Of a stretch of 29,777 nt of DNA, positions 1-7,815 are shown in pieces (within the stretch, counting starts at the first letter, position 1; every line of letters starts with the position of its first letter). Source of the stretch: an uncultured Nannocystaceae bacterium (GTDB lineage: Bacteria > Myxococcota_A > Polyangia > Nannocystales > Nannocystaceae); NCBI GenBank assembly GCA_964650105.1, contig CAZYSW010000008.1, forward strand, positions 2,685 through 32,461, read 5' to 3'. The position numbers and the translations under genes were made by a program. The notes beneath the pieces were generated by a model. It saw nothing but the letters and a program-made list of their open reading frames with translations. It ran no database searches and was not told the origin of the DNA.

Positions 1-1871
1 TGGACGTGGTGGAGCGGCGGGGGCTGCCGCCGCGGCGCGAGTGCGTCGTCACGCAGCAAGAACGAGACCGTGGCCTTGCTGAGCCCGTCGAAGTGCTCGG
101 CGATCTCCTGCTCCAGCTCGTCGAGGCGACCGAGGTCCATGTACCTCGCCTCGCGGAGCGTGATGAGGTGGCCACGCTGCTTGCGGAGCTCCGTCAGGCC
201 GTCCATGAACTCGTCCACGCGCTCCCAGCTCTCGGGACGAAGGGAACGAACGAGCTGCTCCTGGGTCTTTTGGGCGGCCGCCAACGCCTGCTCGGCCTGC
301 TTCCGGATCGCCACGACCTTCTCGAACTCGTCGACGATGAGCTCGGCGGTGGCGCGGATCTCCTGCAGCGCGCTGCCCAGCCGCCCGACTTCCGGATCGT
401 CGATCCAGTAGTAGGCATCGAGCGCGCGCGTGACGTTGGCGATGAGATCCTCGTAGACCTGGCGAGACGGCGTTTGCTGGTCGATGTACTTCTTGATGCT
501 CAGGCAATCCGAGATCCCGCGAACCAGGTCGGCGTTGCCGATCTTGCTCAAGAAGGTGCCGCTGGTCGGAGCCTGGGCCGCATGCTCGGCGGACACGAAC
601 GGTGTCTGCCAGATCTGCATGGGGTGAACCTTGGTCGGCTCCTCCCCCGTGAACCGAAAGACCACCATCTTGCCGTCGTCGAAGAGGCTGTACCCCGAGC
701 ACCGGATCGGCGTTTGAACCTCGCGACGAATGAGGTTGTAGGGAAACAGGGCGTACATCCCCTGCTCCCGGTTGTGGAAGACGTACAGCACGTCTTCCCC
801 GTTGGGGGAGCGGATGGAGCGATGGAACTCGAAGCCGGCGTAGTCCCCCTCGAAGACCTTGTGCTGGCCGTCCTGCAGGAAGTAGCCGCCGGGGAAGATG
901 ACGCCGTGATCCTCGGGTAGGCTGACGCACGCCTGTCCGATGGCGTCGATGCGGACCACGCTGTGCGAGCGGGTGGAGAAGACGAGGTGGCGCCAGGTTT
1001 CCTCGCGATACGGCTTGATCCGCAGCAGGATGAGCGGCCCGATCGGCGCGTACTGGAACTGCGCGTCGTCCAGCGTCTGGTCGACCTCGTCGACGGGCTC
1101 GGTATAGATGCCCTCGCCGGTCTCGGTGTTGTTCTCGACCTTGATGGTCAGATCGCCTTCGGTGGTCTCGACGAACACCTGGTCCAGGATCGAGACGTGG
1201 GGGTGAGCCCCTTCGACCTGATCGTCGCGGGTGGTGGTGCGCCACTCGAAGTCGTGTTGCGGGGGGAACTCGTAGTCCCGCTCGCCCCGATCGTCGATGA
1301 ACGTCGCCTGCCCTCGTGCGTCCACGTTCCACCGGAACACCCGCACGTCCCCGATCCCGCGACCAATCTGGAAGGCCGCCAAGAGCTTGGTCTCGCTGCG
1401 CGCGAGCTGCACCAACTTGGCGTCCTTGTAGTAGCGGTAGAGCTCCTTGAAGGCGCTCACGAACTGCGGGTGGACCAAGTGGCCCTCGCCACCTTCGGCC
1501 AGCGGCACCGCCGACAAGTCGATCGCCCCGTCGGCGCCGACCTCGAACTTGTGCAAGGAGAAGACGTCCTCGACGGCCGTCTCCGTCTTGAGCCCGATGA
1601 AGACATTGTAGCCGAAGAGCAGCTTGCCGCCGACCTGGAGAATGTCGCGGGGCAAGCAGTTGTTCTCGGTTCGAACCCGCTCGTTGCCGATCACGGTGAG
1701 CTCGGTGCCGCCGAACTCCTCGATGCGTCGCTGATTGAGCGCCTCGGCCCTGGCCGCGAGGTCCTGGGCTTGCTCGACCAGGCGAGCCCGGATGACCTCG
1801 TAGCTTCCACCGACGAGATCGTCGGCTCCGGGCTCGGCCTGTTCGGCGATGACCTTGGGATCGTCAGGCAT
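1..1871 (-). CDS. Large uncharacterized protein, truncated: more than 623 aa are visible and the C-terminus lies beyond the window start. It is coupled to the flotillin gene 20 bp upstream.
   Basis: Manual translation of the minus strand from the ATG at 1871..1869 (cat on the plus strand) gives MPDDPKVIAEQAEPGADDLVGGSYEVIRARLVEQAQDLAARAEALNQRRIEEFGGTELTVIGNERVRTENNCLPRDILQVGGKLLFGYNVF...HLVFSTRSHSVVRIDAIGQACVSLPEDHGVIFPGGYFLQDGQHKVFEGDY...LTELRKQRGHLITLREARYMDLGRLDELEQEIAEHFDGLSKATVSFLLRDD... with no stop down to coordinate 1. Composition is protein-like and the third codon position is GC-rich. The ORF track omits it because there is no stop inside the window. A GGGGGA Shine-Dalgarno-like element sits about 8 nt upstream of the ATG. 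No P-loop or other catalytic motif is visible in this part. Confidence 0.7.
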   Translation of the reverse strand, partial: MPDDPKVIAEQAEPGADDLVGGSYEVIRARLVEQAQDLAARAEALNQRRIEEFGGTELTVIGNERVRTENNCLPRDILQVGGKLLFGYNVFIGLKTETAVEDVFSLHKFEVGADGAIDLSAVPLAEGGEGHLVHPQFVSAFKELYRYYKDAKLVQLARSETKLLAAFQIGRGIGDVRVFRWNVDARGQATFIDDRGERDYEFPPQHDFEWRTTTRDDQVEGAHPHVSILDQVFVETTEGDLTIKVENNTETGEGIYTEPVDEVDQTLDDAQFQYAPIGPLILLRIKPYREETWRHLVFSTRSHSVVRIDAIGQACVSLPEDHGVIFPGGYFLQDGQHKVFEGDYAGFEFHRSIRSPNGEDVLYVFHNREQGMYALFPYNLIRREVQTPIRCSGYSLFDDGKMVVFRFTGEEPTKVHPMQIWQTPFVSAEHAAQAPTSGTFLSKIGNADLVRGISDCLSIKKYIDQQTPSRQVYEDLIANVTRALDAYYWIDDPEVGRLGSALQEIRATAELIVDEFEKVVAIRKQAEQALAAAQKTQEQLVRSLRPESWERVDEFMDGLTELRKQRGHLITLREARYMDLGRLDELEQEIAEHFDGLSKATVSFLLRDDALAPRRQPPPLHHV

Positions 1872-1890
1872 TCGAGATCCCCCGGTGCCT

Positions 1891-4053
1891 CTACTTCAAG
1901 CCCAGTTCGCGAGCCCGCGTGATGAGCGACTGGAGCTTGCTCTTGTCGCCGTCGTCGAGGTTGGACATGAGCTGGGTCAGGGCCGCGGAGACGGTGAGGT
2001 TCTTGACGGCCTCGCTGTCGATGGCGGGTCGCGAGAGCACGTCTTTGATGTCGTCGGGCAAGCTGCGCTCCCCGTCGAGATAGCCGGCCACCAGCTTCTT
2101 GGTGGTCTCGCTGTTGTGCAGCGCCCCGTCGAGGGATTGCCCCAGCGACACCGCGTTGATGAAGCGCTGGAGGAACTGCCCGTCGCCACCGACGATGTTG
2201 ATCTTCGCGTTGCTCATGGCGGCCGCCAGCACCGCGGCCTGCTCCTTGGCGATGGCCTGACGCGCGACGAGCTCCTGCATGGCCAGCTCGATCTGCTTTT
2301 CGAGCTGGAGCCGGAACTCCTCGTGCGCTCGGGTCTGCTCGTCGAAGTTCTTCATCGCCGCGGCCTTCTGGTCGAGCCCCTGCGCCTCGGCCAGCAGCTT
2401 TTCGCGCAGCTCGACGGCCTTGGCCTGGCCCATCTTCTCGGTGGCCACGGCATCGGCTTCCTTGCCGTGGGCCTGGGCCAGGAGCTTCTCGCGCTGCGCG
2501 GCCGCCTCGGCGCGACCGGTCTTCTCGATCGCCTCGGCCTCGGCCTCCTTGACCTTGACCAGGGCCAGCCCCTGGGCCTCGCGCCCCTGGGCCTCGGCTT
2601 GCATCTGCATCAGCGTCACCCGTGCCTTGGCATCGCCCTGCTTCTCGATGGCCACCGCCTCGGCCTCCTTCACCTTCACCTGGGCCAGACCGACGGCGGC
2701 CGCCTCGGCCTGGGTTCCCTCGGCGAGGCGGATCTTGGCGCGCGCCGACTTGTCCGATGCTTCGAGCTCGGCTTCGGCCAGGATGATCTTCTCCTTGGCC
2801 TTGAACTTCGCCGCCTCTTCCTGCGCCTGGGCGGACTTGATGTCCTTGACGAGCTGCTCCTCGGCCTCGGCCTCGGCGGCGATGATCTTGGCATCCTTCG
2901 CGCGCTTGGCCGCCGCGACCACCTGGACGTCCTTGATCCGCTCTTCTTCCTCCACGCGGGTCTTGTAGACTGCCACGCGGGCGCGGATGACCTCTTCGAT
3001 CTCCTTCTTCTCGATCTCCAACGCCTTCTCCTTGGCGATGCGCTTGAGCTCGGTCTCGCGCTCGCGGGAGATCGCCTCGAGCTGCTGATCCTTGATCACC
3101 CGTTCGTGCTCGACGGCGATCACGCGCTCGCGATTCTTGATCGCCACCTCGATCTGGCGCTGCTTGTTCTCCTCGTTGATCGCCACCTCTTCCTCGAGCT
3201 TGATCCGGGCCAGCTCGGCCTTGCGCTTCTCCTCGGCCTGGATGCGGGCGGTCTCCGCCTCCTCGCGGGCGCGAACCGAAGCGATCTCCCGCGCCTGCTT
3301 GGCGATGGCGTCCTGCTCCTGCCGCTCGAGCTCCAAGATGGCCTCGCGGGTCTCGACGTCCTTCTTCTTGGTCTGCTTCTCGGCCTCGCGCCGCAGCTCG
3401 TTGGTGTAGACGGCCTGGGCGGCGGTGATATCGGTGATCTTGCGGATGCCGCGGGCGTCGAGGATGTTGTTGTGATCCAGGGACTCGATGGGGGTCTGCT
3501 CGAGATAGTCGATGGCGGCGTCGTCGAGGATGTATCCGTTCAGATCCTGTCCGATGACGGCCATGATCTGCTCCTTGAAGGCATGCCGCTTGGTGTAGAG
3601 CTCCTCGAAGTCGAGCTGCTTGCCCACCGTCTTGAGAGCCTCGGCGAACTTCGCGATGAAGAGCTGCTCGAGGGTGTCCTGTGCCGACGCTCGTTTGGTC
3701 CCGATCGACTGCGCGACCTTGAGGACGTCCTCGGCGGTCTTGTTGACGCGCACGAAGAAGGTGACCTTGATGTCCGCTCGGATGTTGTCCTTGCAGATCA
3801 GGCCCTCCTTCCCGGTCCTGACGATGTCGATGGTCTTGACCGAGATGTCCATCTCCTCGGCGCGGTGGACGACCGGGATCACCAACCCGCCGGTGAAGAA
3901 CACCTCGACCTTGTTCATCTTGTTGACGATCAGCGCCTTGCCCTGATCGACCTTGCGATAGAGCTTGGCGTAGAGCGCCATCAGCCCCAAGGCGAAGAAC
4001 AACAATCCGCCGACGGATACACCGAGCAGGATCAAGATCTGCATGTTTGGCAT
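1891..4053 (-). CDS. Flotillin / SPFH (band 7) family protein of the YqiK/FloT type, 720 aa, with an expanded Glu/Ala-rich coiled-coil repeat region.
   Basis: Track ORF 1891..4053(-). It has an N-terminal TM helix (MPNMQILILLGVSVGGLLFFALGLMALYA) followed by an SPFH core (VIPVVHRAEEMDISVKTIDIVRTGKEGLICKDNIRADIKVTFFVRV). The long EA/KA-rich heptad region (AKQAREIASVRAREEAETARIQAEEKRKAELARIKLEEE...VKVKEAEAEAIEK...) is typical of the flotillin tail. An SD-like GGGAGAAGAGAGG lies upstream of the ATG at 4053. Confidence 0.9.
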   Translation of the reverse strand: MPNMQILILLGVSVGGLLFFALGLMALYAKLYRKVDQGKALIVNKMNKVEVFFTGGLVIPVVHRAEEMDISVKTIDIVRTGKEGLICKDNIRADIKVTFFVRVNKTAEDVLKVAQSIGTKRASAQDTLEQLFIAKFAEALKTVGKQLDFEELYTKRHAFKEQIMAVIGQDLNGYILDDAAIDYLEQTPIESLDHNNILDARGIRKITDITAAQAVYTNELRREAEKQTKKKDVETREAILELERQEQDAIAKQAREIASVRAREEAETARIQAEEKRKAELARIKLEEEVAINEENKQRQIEVAIKNRERVIAVEHERVIKDQQLEAISRERETELKRIAKEKALEIEKKEIEEVIRARVAVYKTRVEEEERIKDVQVVAAAKRAKDAKIIAAEAEAEEQLVKDIKSAQAQEEAAKFKAKEKIILAEAELEASDKSARAKIRLAEGTQAEAAAVGLAQVKVKEAEAVAIEKQGDAKARVTLMQMQAEAQGREAQGLALVKVKEAEAEAIEKTGRAEAAAQREKLLAQAHGKEADAVATEKMGQAKAVELREKLLAEAQGLDQKAAAMKNFDEQTRAHEEFRLQLEKQIELAMQELVARQAIAKEQAAVLAAAMSNAKINIVGGDGQFLQRFINAVSLGQSLDGALHNSETTKKLVAGYLDGERSLPDDIKDVLSRPAIDSEAVKNLTVSAALTQLMSNLDDGDKSKLQSLITRARELGLK
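2370..2780 (-). repeat. Internal imperfect tandem repeats inside the flotillin gene, encoding reiterated (A/K)VKVKEAEAEAIEK-type coiled-coil units.
   Basis: The plus-strand motif ctcggcctcggcctccttgaccttgaccagggccag (about 2531-2580) recurs as ctcggcctccttcaccttcacctgggccag (about 2651-2700). Related units lie nearby. Confidence 0.6.
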
Positions 4054-4237
4054 CTACGACCTCTCTTCTCCCATCGAGCTCGCCTCCGCGAAGCCCGGTC
4101 TTCGTACCTCGCTCTGATCGCCCGCCGCTTCTCGAGGGCCCTCGCCGCTGCATCCGGTTGCTCCGAAAGGACGAAGCGCCGGGTCGATCCGATCGTCGGG
4201 CGGGGGATTGGGTCTTCGAACATTGCGCACGTGCAGG

Positions 4238-4984
4238 TCACTCGCGCGTCTCGTCCACGGCCGCGGAAGGAAGGATGTCGTCGACGGGCGTCACCTCGTA
4301 CGCCTCGCGCGCCGCGTCGTAGGCGACCACGAGGGCCCTGCTCCCGCGCGTCAGGCGGTTCTCGGTGTCGCAGCGGACCTGGACGACGAGGCCCGGGCCC
4401 CCGTCGTCCGCCCTGGCCGACCCGAAGGCGGTGTCGACCCTGCCGGTGTCGATCACGACGATCTTGCCGACGAGGTGCTTCCGAGAGGTCTGCGCCTCGA
4501 CCTGCAGCACCTTGCCCAGCGGCCGCACGATCAGCGCGGTCAACGGAATGGCTCCGGCGAGCGCGGTCAGGCCGACGATCGTGGCCCCGAACCAGCCCTC
4601 CACGAACCCCACGTGCGGCAGCACGTAGGACACGCCGAGGTGGGACAGGATCCAGCCCCAGAACACGATCAGCGAGACGACGAGGGTCACGGGTGCGCTC
4701 CGGAGATTGAACGCGCCGACCAGGACCGACGCCAGACCGCCGTGGTGGACGACGCCGTGCAGCCCCTCCATCCCCCCTTCGGCCGCACCCTCGGCGAGCC
4801 CCTCGGCGGCACCCTCCACCACACCTTCGGCCCCGCCCTCGGCCGCGCCGTCGAGATCGAAATCCATGACGTCGATGCCCAGCGCGCCGAGCATCACCAA
4901 CAGCCAGTAGACGACGGCCACACCGAGCAAGGCGGTGAAGACGACGGTGGGGTAGCTGACCGTGATGGTGAGAAACTCTTGCAT
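4238..4984 (-). CDS. NfeD/YqiJ-like membrane protein, the flotillin partner, with TM segments, an EG-repeat linker and a C-terminal OB-fold-like domain.
   Basis: This is the inner part of track ORF 4238..5107(-). The real start is taken at the ATG at 4984 (MQEFLTITVSYPTVVFTALLGVAVVYWLLVMLGALGI...). The track N-terminus upstream of this is Arg-rich junk. There are several hydrophobic helices. The C-terminus KHLVGKIVVIDTGRVDTAFGSARADDGGPGLVVQVRCDTENRLTRGSRALVVAYD resembles the NfeD/YqiJ C-terminal beta-domain. It lies upstream of flotillin on the same strand, as in E. coli yqiJ-yqiK. Confidence 0.75.
   Translation of the reverse strand: MQEFLTITVSYPTVVFTALLGVAVVYWLLVMLGALGIDVMDFDLDGAAEGGAEGVVEGAAEGLAEGAAEGGMEGLHGVVHHGGLASVLVGAFNLRSAPVTLVVSLIVFWGWILSHLGVSYVLPHVGFVEGWFGATIVGLTALAGAIPLTALIVRPLGKVLQVEAQTSRKHLVGKIVVIDTGRVDTAFGSARADDGGPGLVVQVRCDTENRLTRGSRALVVAYDAAREAYEVTPVDDILPSAAVDETRE
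4762..4849 (-). repeat. Short tandem codon repeats encoding (A)EG(G/A/V) units (AAEGGAEGVVEGAAEGLAEGAAEGGMEG) in the NfeD-like linker.
   Basis: Reiterated gcc/ctc/ggc blocks are visible on the plus strand at 4780-4850. Confidence 0.5.
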
Positions 4985-5293
4985 GTGCGTCCGTCGTGGT
5001 CGCGCGGGCGGCCGGACCCCCTCCGTCGTCCACGGGGCGGGCCGCCGAAGATACCGCGAGTTCGGGCCCACCGATCGCGGTTCGGCTCGACCGCGTTGCC
5101 CTCGCACGCAGGAGGACCGAATGGGTCACCCCGGTATTCCGTCGCGTCCCCGTTCGACTCGGTCCGCCATCGTGGCGTCGTGAACGACGATGGACGCCGT
5201 TCTCGAGCTTGCGCCCGGCGCGCAGAGCGGACGCTCACGGCTCGTCCACACCGCGCTTGCCGTTCGGGCGCGAGCCGGTCACCGTCGGACCGC

Positions 5294-6805
5294 ATGCGCG
5301 CGTGGCCGCACCGAGTCCTCGGGGCGACGGCCGCAGCCGCCCTCGCTGCTTGCCACCCCGCCGAGCGGATCGCCGAGCCCCACGAGGCCGCCGCGGTGGT
5401 GGAAGGATGGCACTACGCGGTGCATATCGAGCGCGACCTGGCGAGTGCGACGGTCCGCCTGTGCTTCGACGCGGCGCCCGGCGACCGTCTGGTGGCCGGC
5501 GACCCGGCGGCGGCGGACTACGTTCGAGACGTCCGGATCGTGGGCACCGAACAGCGTCTGCGCAGGCGCGGCCGGACCTTCGAGCTCGACGCGGTCGAGG
5601 CCGGCGAGTGCATCGCGTACGAGGTCGATTTCGCCGAGATGGCCCGCCGCGAGGGCAGCGGTCGACGGGTGCGGTGGGTCGGTGCGAGCCTGCTCGTGCG
5701 GCCGAGCCTGTGGCTGTGGCGCCCTTCCCGGATCCCCGATCGCGAGGCGATCAGCGTGCGGTTCGACCACGACGACGCGCTCGCCGTTTCGGTTCCGTGG
5801 CCCGTGGCGCGGGGACGACGCGGCGAGAAGGGGGCCGTCTACGCGCTCGATTCGACCGTGTACGCGTGGCTCGGCTACTCCGTGTTCGGCCGGATGCAGG
5901 TCGAGCGGTTCACGGCCGCGGGAACGGCCATCGAGCTGGTCGTCCTCGACGCGCCCTTGGCCGCCTCCCCGGCCGGACTCCGGGCATGGATCACGGATGC
6001 GGCCGACACCGTCGCGTTGCTGTACGGAACGTTTCCGCGGGACCGGTTGCAGGTCGTGGTCGTGCCGGTGGCCGGTGGCTATGGAACGGTGTACTTCGGG
6101 GCGGCGGGGCGCGGGGGCGGTCCCGGCGTGTACATCCTGATGGACGACGACGCACGGGACGACGAGCTCCCCGGCGGCTGGACGACGGTGCACGAGCTCT
6201 TGCATCACGGCATGCCGTTCGTCGACGAGGCCTGGATGGGTGAAGGCTGGGTCAGCTACTACACCGAGGTGATGCGTACGCGCATGGGTCATCGATCCGA
6301 GCAGGAGGGCTGGCAGGAGCTGTACGAGGCCTTCGTGCGGGGGAAGAACGGCAATCGTCCCATGACGCTCGCGCGCACCAGCCAGCTCATGCACCGCACG
6401 TTCGCGTACCAGAACGTCTACTGGGGTGGGGCCGCCATCGCCTTCTTCATCGACGTGGCGCTGCGCGAGGACAGCGGTGGAAAGGTCTCGCTCGACGACG
6501 CGGTCCAGGAGCTGCGCCGCTGTTGCGGCGATGCTCGCCATCGGTGGTCGGCCCAGACGCTGCTGGAGAAGCTCGACACCTGGTACGGCAAGCCCCTGTT
6601 TACCAGGATTGCCGACGAGCACCTGCAAAGCGAAGCGTTCCCGCCGGTGGAGGCGACGCTGCAGCGGCTGGGGATCTCCATCGAGCACGATCGCGTGATG
6701 CTCGACGACGACCACCCCGGGGCGGCCCACCGGCGCGCGATCATGGCGCCGCGCACCGACCGAGCCGCGACCGCGCGCCTCCGCACGCGGGCGGACGTGC
6801 GCTGA
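5294..6805 (+). CDS. Secreted or lipoprotein zinc metallopeptidase (HExxH, MA-clan-like), 503 aa.
   Basis: Same frame as track ORF 4208..6805. The plausible start is the ATG at 5294, giving MRAWPHRVLGATAAAALAACHPAE (signal peptide with an LAAC lipobox-like end). The HELLHH motif lies at 6191..6208 (TVHELLHHGMPFVDEAWMGEGWVSYYTEVM), followed by downstream Glu residues. The track region upstream of 5294 is antisense to the NfeD gene. Confidence 0.65.
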   Translation: MRAWPHRVLGATAAAALAACHPAERIAEPHEAAAVVEGWHYAVHIERDLASATVRLCFDAAPGDRLVAGDPAAADYVRDVRIVGTEQRLRRRGRTFELDAVEAGECIAYEVDFAEMARREGSGRRVRWVGASLLVRPSLWLWRPSRIPDREAISVRFDHDDALAVSVPWPVARGRRGEKGAVYALDSTVYAWLGYSVFGRMQVERFTAAGTAIELVVLDAPLAASPAGLRAWITDAADTVALLYGTFPRDRLQVVVVPVAGGYGTVYFGAAGRGGGPGVYILMDDDARDDELPGGWTTVHELLHHGMPFVDEAWMGEGWVSYYTEVMRTRMGHRSEQEGWQELYEAFVRGKNGNRPMTLARTSQLMHRTFAYQNVYWGGAAIAFFIDVALREDSGGKVSLDDAVQELRRCCGDARHRWSAQTLLEKLDTWYGKPLFTRIADEHLQSEAFPPVEATLQRLGISIEHDRVMLDDDHPGAAHRRAIMAPRTDRAATARLRTRADVR

Positions 6806-6936
6806 GCCGCCGCCCTCGTCGACCCGGGGTCGGTCCACCCCCGGCTGGAGGCCGGCGGCGCGGGGCCGCGCGCCGACCTCGATCCGGTCGCCGAGCCTCA
6901 CGCACGCGCCCGCGATTTCTGCTAAGAGCGAGCGAC

Positions 6937-7815
6937 GTGGGAGCTCGGCCCGAGCGACGCGACCTGGCGGTGACCTTCGCCGGCGGCGGCAATCGAGCCT
7001 TCTACACGCTGGGACTCTTGCATCGATGGGGCGAACGGCTGCACCCGCGGCTGGCCGCCATCTCGGCCTGCAGCGCGGGTGCATGCGTGGCGGTGATCTG
7101 GCTGTCGGGCCGGGAGCGGCAGACCCAGGCGTTCTGGACCGCGAGGCGGGCTCACGTTCGCCGCAACTTCGACTGGACGTCGATCTTGCGGGGGCGCAGC
7201 CCGACGCCGCACGGGCCGATCTATCGCGATACGCTGCTGTGCGCGGCGGCCGAGGGCGGGCTGGAGCGGATTCGAAACCAGCCGTTTCCCCTGCTGGTCT
7301 TGACCGCGGCATTCCCTCGGGCGTTGCCGGCGAGCTTGAGCGTGGTGCTCGGCTTCGCCGCCTACAACCTCGAAAAGCGCCTGCGCCCGGCGACGGTCCA
7401 TCCACGCTTCGGCAAGCGGCTGGGCTTCGCCCCGTACGTCGTCGATGCCCGCACCTGCGAGACCGCCGAGGAGCTGGCCGATCTGATCATCGCGTCGTCC
7501 TCGTCCCCGCCCTTCACGCCGGTGGGGTCCTTCCGCGGTCGCCCGCTGCTCGACGGCGGCATGGTCGACAACGTCCCCGCCGCCGCCGCGGAGCACGTGG
7601 CCGGGGTCAAGAACAACCTCGTGCTGCTCACCCGGCCGTATCCACCTTCGGCGCTGGGCCTGCAGGGCAATCGCCTCTACGTCGCCCCGACCCGACCCGT
7701 GCCCATCGAACGCTGGGACTACACGCGGCCCGACCTGCTGCAGGCGACGGTGGAGATGGGCGAGGCCGAAGCCAACAGCCACGAAGCCCTCCTGCGCCGG
7801 CTCCTCGCCCGCTAG
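6937..7815 (+). CDS. Patatin-like phospholipase family protein.
   Basis: Inner part of track ORF 6523..7815. It has an oxyanion-hole-like FAGGGNRAFYTLG, a nucleophile-elbow-like AISACSAGACV (GxSxG-type) and the DGG motif LLDGGMVDNVP. The start is uncertain: I chose the GTG at 6937, and nearby GTG codons are equally possible. Confidence 0.65.
   Translation: MGARPERRDLAVTFAGGGNRAFYTLGLLHRWGERLHPRLAAISACSAGACVAVIWLSGRERQTQAFWTARRAHVRRNFDWTSILRGRSPTPHGPIYRDTLLCAAAEGGLERIRNQPFPLLVLTAAFPRALPASLSVVLGFAAYNLEKRLRPATVHPRFGKRLGFAPYVVDARTCETAEELADLIIASSSSPPFTPVGSFRGRPLLDGGMVDNVPAAAAEHVAGVKNNLVLLTRPYPPSALGLQGNRLYVAPTRPVPIERWDYTRPDLLQATVEMGEAEANSHEALLRRLLAR

Noticed and set aside
1660-1685. A tRNA-like T-loop motif, cggttcgaacccg.
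   Set aside because: It lies inside a CDS, and it has no acceptor or anticodon arms with proper pairing. It is a coincidental match.
1691-4153. An 820-aa Arg/Gly-rich ORF on the minus strand, and similar long ORFs at 49..1332(-), 1849..4710(+), 5279..7405(-), 6922..9105(-), 12253..14190(-), 13734..15890(-), 16776..18746(-), 22040..24106(-) and 25002..26821(-).
   Set aside because: Their composition is Arg/Pro/Gly-dominated with no motifs. They overlap genes that have clear protein-like sequence and catalytic motifs in another frame. They are typical shadow ORFs of about 70% GC DNA.
4208-5293. The N-terminal extension of track ORF 4208..6805, and likewise the N-terminal extensions of track ORFs 14388, 18083, 25107, 6523, 9446, 11424 and 22649.
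   Set aside because: The extensions are antisense to neighbouring genes or Arg-rich. The true starts were placed where signal peptides, Tat motifs or conserved N-termini begin.
6937-7815. Whether the patatin-like phospholipase could be a CBASS-type defence effector.
   Set aside because: No CD-NTase/cyclase, E1/E2 or other CBASS component is nearby. It sits among secreted degradative enzymes, so a standalone lipolytic role is more parsimonious.
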